Below are positions 7,757 to 15,050 of a DNA stretch of 50,169 nt, piece after piece. The stretch is from a virus, in IMG/VR virus record IMGVR_UViG_3300037311_000346; one strand, 5' to 3'. Under the pieces are notes generated by a model. It was not told the origin of the DNA and did not search any database. It saw only the letters and a list, made by a program, of their open reading frames with translations. Numbering within the stretch: the stretch's first letter is position 1; every line of letters begins with the position of its first letter. The position numbers and the translations under genes are program-made.

Positions 7757-8709
7757 GCCCGCGCCTCCTCGAGCCGCGCTCGAAGGCCAGGAAGCGCCGC
7801 GCGCCACGCCGCCACGCCGCCGTCGACGATCGAGCCCGGCACGAGATCCGGGGCCTTAACGACGAGGGCCTCGAAGCGCGCCAGGGCCGCGTCGACGGAG
7901 CCGAAGCGCCCGGTCATCTCGCGCCGCGCTGCGCCGCGCCGACGCGCGTCCGCGCCCAGCGCCCATGCGACGGCGCGCTCCAGGTCGTAGTCCCAGAGCC
8001 CGAGCCCGAGCGGCTCGAAAGGCATCCGCGCGCTCGGTCCGCTGGTGTCGGCCGGGCCTGGGGGCGCCGCCGCGCTCGTAGTCGCGGCGTCGAGGAAGCC
8101 GCCGCGCGCGGCCTCGACGAGCCATCCCGCCGGCGTGCGCGCCGCGCGAGCCCGCTCGCGCAGGCGCCCGGCCTCCGCCTCCGGGTCCTTCGCCTGCGCG
8201 AGGAAACTCGCGACCGCCTCGACCGTTTGCTGACGGCGCGGCGCGCCGACGCCGAGCTCCGCGACCAGCGCGATCGCCTCCTCCGCCGCTCGGAGGTGAG
8301 GTTCTTCTCTCCTTCCCTCTCCTTCTGTGGTCCGCAGCGGACCCGATGTGGGTCCGGAGCGGACCCGATCGGGCTCGAAGCGGACCCGGTTCACGTCGAC
8401 GATCGGGTCCGGAGCGGACCCGGTTCGTCGCCAGAAGACTACGGCGAAGCGGCGCCCGTCGATGTCGCGGCGTCGCCAGACTCCGGCCGCGACGAGCTCG
8501 CGGACGTAGCCCGAGACCTTCGACCGGCCGGCGTGCCAGAGCTCGCCGAGGTAGCCGTGGGATGCGAACGTCTCGCCGACCGAGTAGAAGCGCGCCTGCA
8601 CGAACGCCGCGAAGCGTGCGGCGTTGACGGAGACGCCGCGCGCGACGATCTCCTCGACCTCCAGGTAGCGCCAGGCGCCGCCGCCGGACTCCTCCGATTT
8701 GCCTCCCAT
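7753..8709 (-). CDS. Putative replication initiator / DNA-binding protein with an internal repeat array
   Basis: Track ORF 7753..9288 trimmed to ATG 8709, preceded by GGAGGAGG. HTH-like SHGYLGELWHAGRSKVSGYVRELVAAGVW. Iteron-like repeats lie inside the coding sequence at 8329-8426, as in lambda O/ori. Confidence 0.5.
   Translation of the reverse strand: MGGKSEESGGGAWRYLEVEEIVARGVSVNAARFAAFVQARFYSVGETFASHGYLGELWHAGRSKVSGYVRELVAAGVWRRRDIDGRRFAVVFWRRTGSAPDPIVDVNRVRFEPDRVRSGPTSGPLRTTEGEGRREEPHLRAAEEAIALVAELGVGAPRRQQTVEAVASFLAQAKDPEAEAGRLRERARAARTPAGWLVEAARGGFLDAATTSAAAPPGPADTSGPSARMPFEPLGLGLWDYDLERAVAWALGADARRRGAARREMTGRFGSVDAALARFEALVVKAPDLVPGSIVDGGVAAWRAALPGLRARLEEARA
8329..8426. repeat. Iteron-like array, a candidate replication origin
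   Basis: The 17-nt palindrome GGGTCCGGAGCGGACCC occurs at 8350-8366 and 8405-8421. A variant TGGTCCGCAGCGGACCC is at 8329-8345. AGCGGACCCG(A/G)T occurs four times in total. A polypyrimidine tract at 8301-8327 is adjacent. Confidence 0.7.
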
Positions 8710-8770
8710 GACCTCCTCCGGGTGCCGAACGCTGGCCCGACGGAACGCCCGCCGGGCCGTTGCGGATCTC

Positions 8771-10072
8771 TCAGCGTCGCGGGCGCACGTTCGCCGGCGG
8801 AGGGTAGTAGGTCTCGAGCGCGTCGACCTCCATCGCGACGACGAGCTTCGCGAGCTCGCGCTTCGGCAGCGCCGCCAGCTCGGCGACGCCGAGCTGGCGC
8901 TGCAGGGCCACGATGTATTCGCGCGTGTAGCCTCGCCGCATGACCGCCTCGCGGCCGTCCGCGACCAGCTCGTCGAGCTCGTTCTGGAGCTTGTCGGCGA
9001 GCTCCTCGGGGTAGTCGTGAGCAACGTCGCGCGGCCCCGCGGGCTCGTCGACCTCGCCGCTCGACTCAGGCTCCGGCTCCGGCTCCGGCGCGGGCGGCTC
9101 CTCGACGGGCTTCTCCGGCTCCGGCTTGGCGCGCCGGGAGCGCGCCTTCGGTTCCGCCGTCTCCTTCGCCTTCGCGATCGCCTTCGCGACGCTCTCCGCG
9201 TTCGGAAGCGAGCCGATCGCGACGGAGACGTCGAGGCTCTTCGCTGGCGCGGACTCCAAGGGCGCGGTGGCGGCGAGCAGCTCCGCAAGCTGGGCGTGGC
9301 CCTCCGACAGCGACGTCCAGAGCCGGAAGAGGCGACCGAGCGTCTCTTGGGTCCACGCCTCGTAGCGCGCGCCCGCGAGCCGCTCGACGTCCTCGACGGA
9401 GATGCCGCGGTCGGCGAACGACTTCAGCGCCTGGGTCTTGTTCGCCTCGAGCGTCGCCGCAGCCTTCTTCGCGTCCGGCGCCGCTTCCGCGCGGGCGCGC
9501 GCGTCGGCCGCGACCGCCAGCGCGATCTCGACGAGCGACGACGGCAGGACCTTGAGAAGCGCGTTCCGCTCGGCGCGCGCACCCCACGAGTTGATGACCT
9601 CGACCGCCTCCAGGTGCGACGCCCGCTGCGAGACGGAGAGCGTCGAGCCGTCCGGCTGCTTCTGCCGCCGCGAGACCTTGAGCTCGAACTCGGACTCGTG
9701 CTCGCTGGACGTGAGCGCGACGAGGTCGATCGCGAAGCCCGCGACGCGCGCGGTCCCGTTTCTCACGTGGACGATGCGCGTCCCGTAGTGGATCCGGCCG
9801 TGAAGTCGCGCGAGCTCCCGAGCGAGGCGGACGCTCGGGCCGGTGACGAGGTCTCCGCCGCGCGGGATCGCGTACTCGGCCTCCGCCGCGAGGCGCGGGT
9901 CGGAGAAGGCGGTTCGCGTCGCAAGCTCGACGGCGCGGTCGTCGCGGCCGTTGTAGGCGGCCGCCTCGAAGAGCATCCGGACGAGCGTCGTCTCGTGCGC
10001 GGCTGCGCGCGCGGTGTCGACGGAAAGAGAGCCGGGCAGGGTGCCCGAAGATGCCAGGGCGTGGTCGTTCAT
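8771..10072 (-). CDS. Putative single-strand annealing protein (RecT/Red-beta-like by position) with a PE-rich C-terminal tail
   Basis: Immediately downstream of the YqaJ exonuclease. AIPRGGDLVTGPSVRLARELARLHGRIHYG resembles SSAP core motifs. Track ORF trimmed to ATG 10072. (ggctcc)n tandem hexamers at about 9067-9090 encode PEPEPEPE. Confidence 0.55.
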   Translation of the reverse strand: MNDHALASSGTLPGSLSVDTARAAAHETTLVRMLFEAAAYNGRDDRAVELATRTAFSDPRLAAEAEYAIPRGGDLVTGPSVRLARELARLHGRIHYGTRIVHVRNGTARVAGFAIDLVALTSSEHESEFELKVSRRQKQPDGSTLSVSQRASHLEAVEVINSWGARAERNALLKVLPSSLVEIALAVAADARARAEAAPDAKKAAATLEANKTQALKSFADRGISVEDVERLAGARYEAWTQETLGRLFRLWTSLSEGHAQLAELLAATAPLESAPAKSLDVSVAIGSLPNAESVAKAIAKAKETAEPKARSRRAKPEPEKPVEEPPAPEPEPEPESSGEVDEPAGPRDVAHDYPEELADKLQNELDELVADGREAVMRRGYTREYIVALQRQLGVAELAALPKRELAKLVVAMEVDALETYYPPPANVRPRR

Positions 10073-10076
10073 GAGG

Positions 10077-11084
10077 TCAGGCTCCAGAGTCGCCGCCGCT
10101 GCCGCGGAAGTCGCGGTAGCTGGTCGGCGGGACGGTATAGCCAGCTCGGCGGACCGTTGTCCACCGCAGCCGGAGATCGGATCCGGCGATCGTCGCGGTC
10201 TTCGCCGCGCCCATCGCCGTTTTGAGCTCGCGCGCCAGCTCCCGTGCCTCGGCATCCGCAGCCTTCGCGCGCGCGAGCGCGTCGCGTCGGCGCCGCTCGA
10301 CGTCCGCGAAGCGCGCCGGGAGGACGATCGAGGAGCCGTCGTCGACGGGGTAGGTCGCGGCGATCCAGCGGTCGAGGTCGTCGCCAGAGCGCGTGACGTC
10401 GGGCGGGACGTCGCGCAAGACGTGGTCGTGCCAAAAGCGATCGACCGCCTCGCTCATCAGCCCGAAGAGCTCGGGACTCGCGGCGAAGTCGCGGACGAGG
10501 AGCGGCTCGAGCGTGCCGCGGAAGAGCGCAAGCGACCCCCAGCGGCACCCGGTCAGCCCGAGATACCACTCGACCTGCGCGCGCTCGTAGAGCGGGACGC
10601 CGGTCTCCCAGTCCGGGTGCGGGTGCGCGCTGGTCTTCGCGTCGAAGACGCCGGGGCCCTGCGCGACGTCGTCCGGCAGGGGCTCCTCGCCCGGAGCCGG
10701 GCCGAGGTACTGCTCGACGAAGTCGTCGGGCGTGCCGCAGCGATACCGGCGCTCGCGGTCCGTCAGGAAGAGCGCCAGCTCGCCGCTCGCGCGCGGGACC
10801 TGCTCGACGTCGACGCGCTCGCGCATCGCCGCAAGGTCGAGGCGGCCGCGGCCGTAGAGGCAGAGCCGCCGGCCGGTGTCCTCCTCGAACGCCGTACGGA
10901 TCGCCGGCTCCAGTCGCGTGCCCCAGCGCATCGGCGTCGTCTCTTCGAGCGGCTCGGCGCGGCCCTTCAGCCGCAGCCAGACGTCGAAGGCGTCGGCGTA
11001 GCGCGAGAGGCCAGCGATCGCCGCGGCGTCGGTGCCACCGACCACGCGGCCTCGGCGCGACTCCCAGCGGTTGGGAACGATCAC
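10077..11084 (-). CDS. YqaJ/lambda-exonuclease-like recombination exonuclease
   Basis: GGTDAAAIAGLSRYADAFDVWLRLKG...MRWGTRLEPAIRTAFEEDTG...VFDAKT...QVEWYLGLTG, a PD-(D/E)xK pattern. Confidence 0.8.
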   Translation of the reverse strand: MIVPNRWESRRGRVVGGTDAAAIAGLSRYADAFDVWLRLKGRAEPLEETTPMRWGTRLEPAIRTAFEEDTGRRLCLYGRGRLDLAAMRERVDVEQVPRASGELALFLTDRERRYRCGTPDDFVEQYLGPAPGEEPLPDDVAQGPGVFDAKTSAHPHPDWETGVPLYERAQVEWYLGLTGCRWGSLALFRGTLEPLLVRDFAASPELFGLMSEAVDRFWHDHVLRDVPPDVTRSGDDLDRWIAATYPVDDGSSIVLPARFADVERRRRDALARAKAADAEARELARELKTAMGAAKTATIAGSDLRLRWTTVRRAGYTVPPTSYRDFRGSGGDSGA

Positions 11085-11398
11085 GCGACGGCCGCCTCCA
11101 TGCGGCCGATCACGCGACTCGCGGCCGCTGCCAGCGCAGCGTCGCGCGAGAGGGTCCCGAGCAGAACCTCGGAGTCAAGGTCGCGGCGGATCGTGGTCCA
11201 GAGGTCGGGCAGCCCGCGGATCGCGTCGCGCGAGATCGCCCAGCGCACCTGGTGCGACTCGATCAGGGGCAGAAGCTCGCGCTCGACGTCGCGGCGGTGC
11301 ACTCCGAGCGCCTGCGCGACGGCGCTGATCGGAACGAAGCCCGGATGGTCGCGCAGCCACGCGACGAGTCGAGGCGCAAAGAGAGAGGCGTTGGTCAT
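11081..11398 (-). CDS. Small winged-helix-like DNA-binding protein
   Basis: FVPISAVAQALGVHRRDVERELLPLIESHQVRW. Strong SD (AGGAG) 6 nt upstream of ATG 11398. It is the first gene after the terminator region. Confidence 0.55.
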   Translation of the reverse strand: MTNASLFAPRLVAWLRDHPGFVPISAVAQALGVHRRDVERELLPLIESHQVRWAISRDAIRGLPDLWTTIRRDLDSEVLLGTLSRDAALAAAASRVIGRMEAAVA

Positions 11399-11480
11399 CG
11401 GTTGCTCCTGTGGGGGGCGCCATCATACGGACGCCGAGACGTAGCCGGTCCAGCCAAGTTGGCGCATCGTCGCGAGCTCG

Positions 11481-11520
11481 GGAAAAAAGAAGGGGCGGGA
11501 CGCCGAAGCGCCCGCCCCTT
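11481..11520 (-). terminator. Rho-independent terminator (minus strand)
   Basis: Stem GGGGCGGG(A)CGC / GCGCCCGCCCC with a CGAA loop at 11492-11518. On the minus strand it is followed by CTTCTTTTTTCC (plus-strand aaaaaa at 11483-11488). Confidence 0.65.
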
Positions 11521-11585
11521 CCTCTGGAGCCCGTCGGTGACCAAACCGCGGACGCCCGAAGGTAGCCGAGGCGCAGCGCGGGCTC

Positions 11586-11620
11586 AAGAGAAAGGGCGAG
11601 CCGAGGAGCTCGCGCCCTTC
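11586..11620 (-). terminator. Second candidate intrinsic terminator (minus strand)
   Basis: Stem AAGGGCGAGC / GCTCGCGCCCTT at 11592-11619 with one bulge. On the minus strand it is followed by TTTCTCTT. Confidence 0.5.
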
Positions 11621-11749
11621 GACTCGCCCACCTTGCCTGCCCGAGCGCCGCGATCCCCGAGCGTTCCTACCTCGCGAGGTCGGCGGCAAGGTCGGCGGCG
11701 AGCGCCGCGCCGTCAGGCTATCGCGAAGCGCGCCGTCGCGCCTGACGGT

Positions 11750-11854
11750 TCAGAGGACGAAGCAGGCCGCGACCAGCAGCGCGAAGAAGAGGCTGGAGAG
11801 GATCGCCTCGCCGACGGTGCGGCACGGGGTGCGGGGGTGGAGGGGGTCGGTCAT
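11750..11854 (-). CDS. 34-aa small membrane protein, below the ORF-track cutoff
   Basis: Hand translation gives MTDPLHPRTPCRTVGEAILSSLFFALLVAACFVL*. ATG 11854 overlaps the upstream stop (ATGA). Hydrophobic C-terminal helix. A 9-bp hairpin at 11710-11748 follows the stop directly. Confidence 0.45.
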   Translation of the reverse strand: MTDPLHPRTPCRTVGEAILSSLFFALLVAACFVL

Positions 11855-12246
11855 CGCGGGTCAGCCTCCAGGCAGAGCAGCGACAGGTCGGTCTGCGTGC
11901 GGACGCCGGAGTCCCAGGCGACGATCGCGTAGCCGTCCTCGATCGCGAGGATCCATCCGGCATCCGCGTCGTCGCCGTGCCCAGCCACGACGCGCGAGCC
12001 CTCGCGGATCCGCGGCTCGTCGCAAAGCGCCGCGAGGTGCGACCGCACCCGGGCGTGAACCGTCGAGCCCGGCAGCGCGCCGGTGATCTCCGTGACGCGC
12101 GCATCGAGCGCGGCGCGGCGGGTCGCGTAGCCGCGCTGCGAGTCCGCCCAGCGCCACAGACGGTCGATCGCGGAACGGATCAGAGCCGGTTGCCGTTCGG
12201 CGGCACGCTTGCCCTGCTGGATGCGAGATGCGGTGGAGGCGTTCAT
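11851..12246 (-). CDS. Hypothetical protein (131 aa)
   Basis: Track ORF with normal composition (MNASTASRIQQGKRAAERQPALIRSAIDRLWRW...). Confidence 0.65.
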   Translation of the reverse strand: MNASTASRIQQGKRAAERQPALIRSAIDRLWRWADSQRGYATRRAALDARVTEITGALPGSTVHARVRSHLAALCDEPRIREGSRVVAGHGDDADAGWILAIEDGYAIVAWDSGVRTQTDLSLLCLEADPR

Positions 12247-12515
12247 GCGAGTTCACCCTCGGGGTAGGTTTGACCGTCGACGCGGTAGGAGTCGAAGCGC
12301 GTTTGCGCGCCGTCCGCTCCGCACGAAACGCAGAAGATCGCGCGCGCGAGCTCGCGCGCGGCGCTCGCGGACCGGCAGGGCAGGTCGGCGATCTCCTCGC
12401 CGCAGTAGTCGCAGACGAAGCGCGCCTCGCCGGGCAGGTTTCCAGGGCAGTCGTCGCCGGGCGCTTCGCGCAGGTCGAAGGCGCGCTGGGACGGAAAGGG
12501 CGATGCGGCGCGCAT
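12243..12515 (-). CDS. Small zinc-ribbon protein (90 aa)
   Basis: CDYCGEE...CVSCG pairs. Track ORF 12243..12824 trimmed to ATG 12515, which shares 1 nt with the upstream stop (TGATG). Confidence 0.6.
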   Translation of the reverse strand: MRAASPFPSQRAFDLREAPGDDCPGNLPGEARFVCDYCGEEIADLPCRSASAARELARAIFCVSCGADGAQTRFDSYRVDGQTYPEGELA

Positions 12516-12778
12516 CAGCGGACCTCCGCGCGCTCGACGAGCCAGCGGCCGCGGGCGCGCGCGCCCTTGCGGCGACTCAGCGTCGCGACGTCGCCCGTGG
12601 CGAGCGTGACGACGACCTGAAAGAGCGGGCCGTCGTCCGAGCTGCTCGCTTTGCGCTCGACGCTCCAGCCGCTCAGCTCGCCGTCGTTGTCGATGGTCTC
12701 GGCCAGGCGCAGCCCCTGCTTTTCCAGACGCTGCTGGATGATGAGGACTGCGGCCGCGGTGGTCAGCTTCTTGGTCAT
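12515..12778 (-). CDS. Hypothetical protein (87 aa)
   Basis: MTKKLTTAAAVLIIQQRLEKQGLRLAETIDNDGELSGW... begins at ATG 12778, with GGAG 8-11 nt upstream. Confidence 0.6.
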   Translation of the reverse strand: MTKKLTTAAAVLIIQQRLEKQGLRLAETIDNDGELSGWSVERKASSSDDGPLFQVVVTLATGDVATLSRRKGARARGRWLVERAEVR

Positions 12779-12965
12779 GTGGGGCTCCGGTTGCGCCGAG
12801 CGACCTTTCGCTCGACGCGCCCATCTTCGGCTACTTCTCGCCGACGATCCAGCAATTTGCGCCGAATCCCGCCGGAGCGCCATAAGTCCGCGGTGCCAGG
12901 CGCTTTACAGCGTCGCCGCAAGTAGGTCTTTCGCCGCGACGAGCGCCGCATCGAGCGCCGTCTCC

Positions 12966-13298
12966 TGGGCGACGCCGACGGCCGGCGACGCGAAGGCGAG
13001 CGGCTCGAGGAACTCGCCGGGCAGCGAGGCGCACCTCGGCGTTTCGCTCACGGATCAGATCCGGACGGGGGACTCCTCTGGCCGCCGGGACCGGGCGACG
13101 TCGACGCCTGGAGCCGACTCCCGCCCGAGGCTCAACCCGCGATTCGTGGAGGCGCTGATGGGCCTTCCACCCGGCTGGACCGACTTCGAGCCCTTGGGAA
13201 CGGAGTGGTCCCGCTGGCGGGCGCGCTCGCGCTCCGCGCTCTCGCGGCTCGCTTCGACGCTCGTCTCCGGAGCTGACGGCGCGCCGCCGACCGCCTAG
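12966..13298 (+). pseudogene. Orphan plus-strand fragment resembling the C-terminal part of phage DNA methyltransferase-like proteins. The start is unresolved.
   Basis: WATPTAGDAKASGSRN...LGVSLTDQI...RLNPRFVEALMGLPPGWTDF. High GC3 only from about 12966. The only canonical in-frame start is ATG 12777, which overlaps the divergent ATG 12778. No catalytic N-terminal half is present. Confidence 0.5.
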
Positions 13299-13561
13299 GG
13301 CAGCAGCGCCTCGACGGCGTTCTTGTGCCGCCGGAGCAGCTCGGCCTTCGTTTCGCCTTCGAGCCGCGACGTGCAAACGGCCTCCGGGTCGTTGTCGATC
13401 GCGGTGCAGACGCGCGACACGGCGCCCGGCGAGTCAAGCGCGACCTCCAGGATCCAGCGGAGGAGGAAGTCCTCCTCCGTCTCGTCGACTCCCTGCGAGT
13501 AGGTGATCGGGTCGGCCGGCGGCGTCGGCGGAGCCCACGAGGTGTGCAGCGAGATGGTCAC
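13295..13561 (-). CDS. Hypothetical protein (88 aa)
   Basis: Track ORF. GTG 13561 overlaps the upstream stop. Its stop overlaps the stop of the plus-strand fragment (CTAG at 13295-13298). Confidence 0.6.
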   Translation of the reverse strand: MTISLHTSWAPPTPPADPITYSQGVDETEEDFLLRWILEVALDSPGAVSRVCTAIDNDPEAVCTSRLEGETKAELLRRHKNAVEALLP

Positions 13562-14247
13562 GGGTTGCGTTTCAGCTCCGAGAGCGCCCGGGAAAGAAGG
13601 TCGGCCTGCGCCGCCGCGTCCGCGATGCGCTGGGCCTGGGCGCTGAGCTCGCGCTCCGCGTCCGCAACGCGGCTCTCGAGATCCTCGTGGCGACCGGCAA
13701 GGACGACGCCGGAGCGGTCGGTCTCGACCGCGCGCACGCGGTCGGAGAGCTCCGCGAGCAGCGGGTGGAGGAACGTCTGGAAGTCGCCGACGCCGAACGT
13801 CTCTCCCGGGATCGCGTCGACGTCCTCGCCGAGCGCCTCAAGGTCGCTCCGGAGCTGCGTCACCTGCGACTGAAGCCCGGCGTCCAGATCGCGCATCTCC
13901 CGCTGGAGGGTCTGGTCGAACCGGACGATCGCGTCGGCCATCGACCGCTCGAACTGGTCGGCACGGCGATCGCGCGCGACTCCGGCCTGCTCGTCGTAGC
14001 GGGCGTTTGCGTCGATCTCGCGCTGAAGCACGGTGACCGCCAGACCGCCGATCGTGAGGGCGAGCGCGACGCCCGAGATGATGATCGGCCAGGGCTTCGA
14101 GCTTCGCTCGTCGAGCCGCATGGCGATGCGCCCGATGTCGGTCCGCAGGGCCTGGACGCCGGCCGCAAGCCCTGCGACGTCGCGCTCGACGGCGCCGAGG
14201 CGCGTGAGGATGCCGCCGCCGCTGCTCCCGTTCTCGCCGTCCGTCAT
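13558..14247 (-). CDS. Membrane-anchored coiled-coil protein, possibly i-spanin-like
   Basis: Single TM segment PWPIIISGVALALTIGGLAVTVL followed by a long heptad-rich region. Lies in the cluster of membrane proteins after the tail fibres. Confidence 0.55.
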   Translation of the reverse strand: MTDGENGSSGGGILTRLGAVERDVAGLAAGVQALRTDIGRIAMRLDERSSKPWPIIISGVALALTIGGLAVTVLQREIDANARYDEQAGVARDRRADQFERSMADAIVRFDQTLQREMRDLDAGLQSQVTQLRSDLEALGEDVDAIPGETFGVGDFQTFLHPLLAELSDRVRAVETDRSGVVLAGRHEDLESRVADAERELSAQAQRIADAAAQADLLSRALSELKRNP

Positions 14248-14651
14248 GACCGGCTCCCCCTCTCCAGCGCGTCCGCGCGCTCCTCGAGCGCGGCGACCTG
14301 CACGGCAAGCGCCTGCGCGTCGGGATCGCCGGTTCGGTCGAGTCGCTTCGCCGCAAGCCGCAGGAACTGAGCCGGCGACTCGGTGGAGTGGACGGTGCCC
14401 CAGAAGCGCGCGAACGCGAGGGCGGCGTTCACGAGGTGGCGCGGCTGTCGCGTCGCGACGAACGCGGCGAGCGCCGCTACGACCGCCCCGAGGTGCTGGC
14501 GCGACCGGCGCGCGACGAGCTTCGCTCCCAGCCCGAACGCGAGCGCCGCAGCGGCCGCGACGGCGAAGCCGAGGCCCGCCGGGCCAAACTGGGCGTAGAC
14601 GGCCGTCGCGAGCGCAGCGAGGGCCTCCTCGAGCGAGGGCAAGGGGCGCAT
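14244..14651 (-). CDS. Multi-TM small membrane protein (holin-like)
   Basis: Hydrophobic segments GLGFAVAAAAALAFGLGAKLV, LGAVVAALAAFVAT and LVNAALAFARFWGTV, followed by a charged C-terminus. Confidence 0.5.
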   Translation of the reverse strand: MRPLPSLEEALAALATAVYAQFGPAGLGFAVAAAAALAFGLGAKLVARRSRQHLGAVVAALAAFVATRQPRHLVNAALAFARFWGTVHSTESPAQFLRLAAKRLDRTGDPDAQALAVQVAALEERADALERGSRS

Positions 14652-14660
14652 CGCGAGATC

Positions 14661-15047
14661 CTACTCGCGCGCGTCGGGCCCCGGAGGCGTCTTGTTGCCC
14701 AGCGCCTCGGCCGCCGTCCCGATCGCGTCCGCGACCCGCAGGAAGCCGCCGCTGACCAGTCCGCCAGCGACTGCCGCGGCGCCTCCCAGGGCGGCCCGAA
14801 GCAAGTCCTGCTGCGCCCCCGTGAGCCTCACTCGGTGGCGCTCAAGGACCAGGCGGACGTTCGCGCGCGCCTCCGCCGCGAGGTCCGCGCGCCCGGCCGC
14901 GAGGGCGCGGAGCTGCTGGTCGGCAAGCTCGCGGACGACGCCGCGGAGGTCGCCCTCGATGTCGCGCAGCGCCGCCTCGGTTGCGGAGGCGACCGCGCTC
15001 ACGACCTGGTCGGTAAGGGATGCGAAGGAGACGGGAGCGTCGGGCAC
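14661..15047 (-). CDS. Hypothetical protein with a Gly/Ala-rich hydrophobic C-terminal segment
   Basis: Track ORF. AALGGAAAVAGGLVSGGFLRVADAIG. GTG start at 15047. Confidence 0.5.
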   Translation of the reverse strand: MPDAPVSFASLTDQVVSAVASATEAALRDIEGDLRGVVRELADQQLRALAAGRADLAAEARANVRLVLERHRVRLTGAQQDLLRAALGGAAAVAGGLVSGGFLRVADAIGTAAEALGNKTPPGPDARE

Positions 15048-15050
15048 GGG

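Noticed and set aside
8329-8426. The repeat array as a CRISPR array.
   Set aside because: The units are 17-nt palindromes with irregular 4-38-nt spacing inside a coding sequence. There are no uniform spacers, leader or cas genes.
11422-11457. Sigma-70-type promoter TTGGCT ... TATGAT on the minus strand upstream of ATG 11398.
   Set aside because: The spacer between the hexamers is 24 nt, far from the 16-18 nt optimum. TATGAT may still be a -10 element with a different -35, so it is only mentioned and not annotated.
12779-12965. Sigma-54-like TGGCAC element, and a possible frameshifted N-terminal half of the methyltransferase-like gene (peptide ...PSDLSLDAPIFGYFSPTIQQFAPNPAGAP* in another frame).
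   Set aside because: TGGCAC is not followed by a TTGC element at the right spacing. The alternate-frame peptide is short, has no methyltransferase motifs (no FxGxG, PC or ENV) and is truncated by the minus-strand gene starting at 12778.
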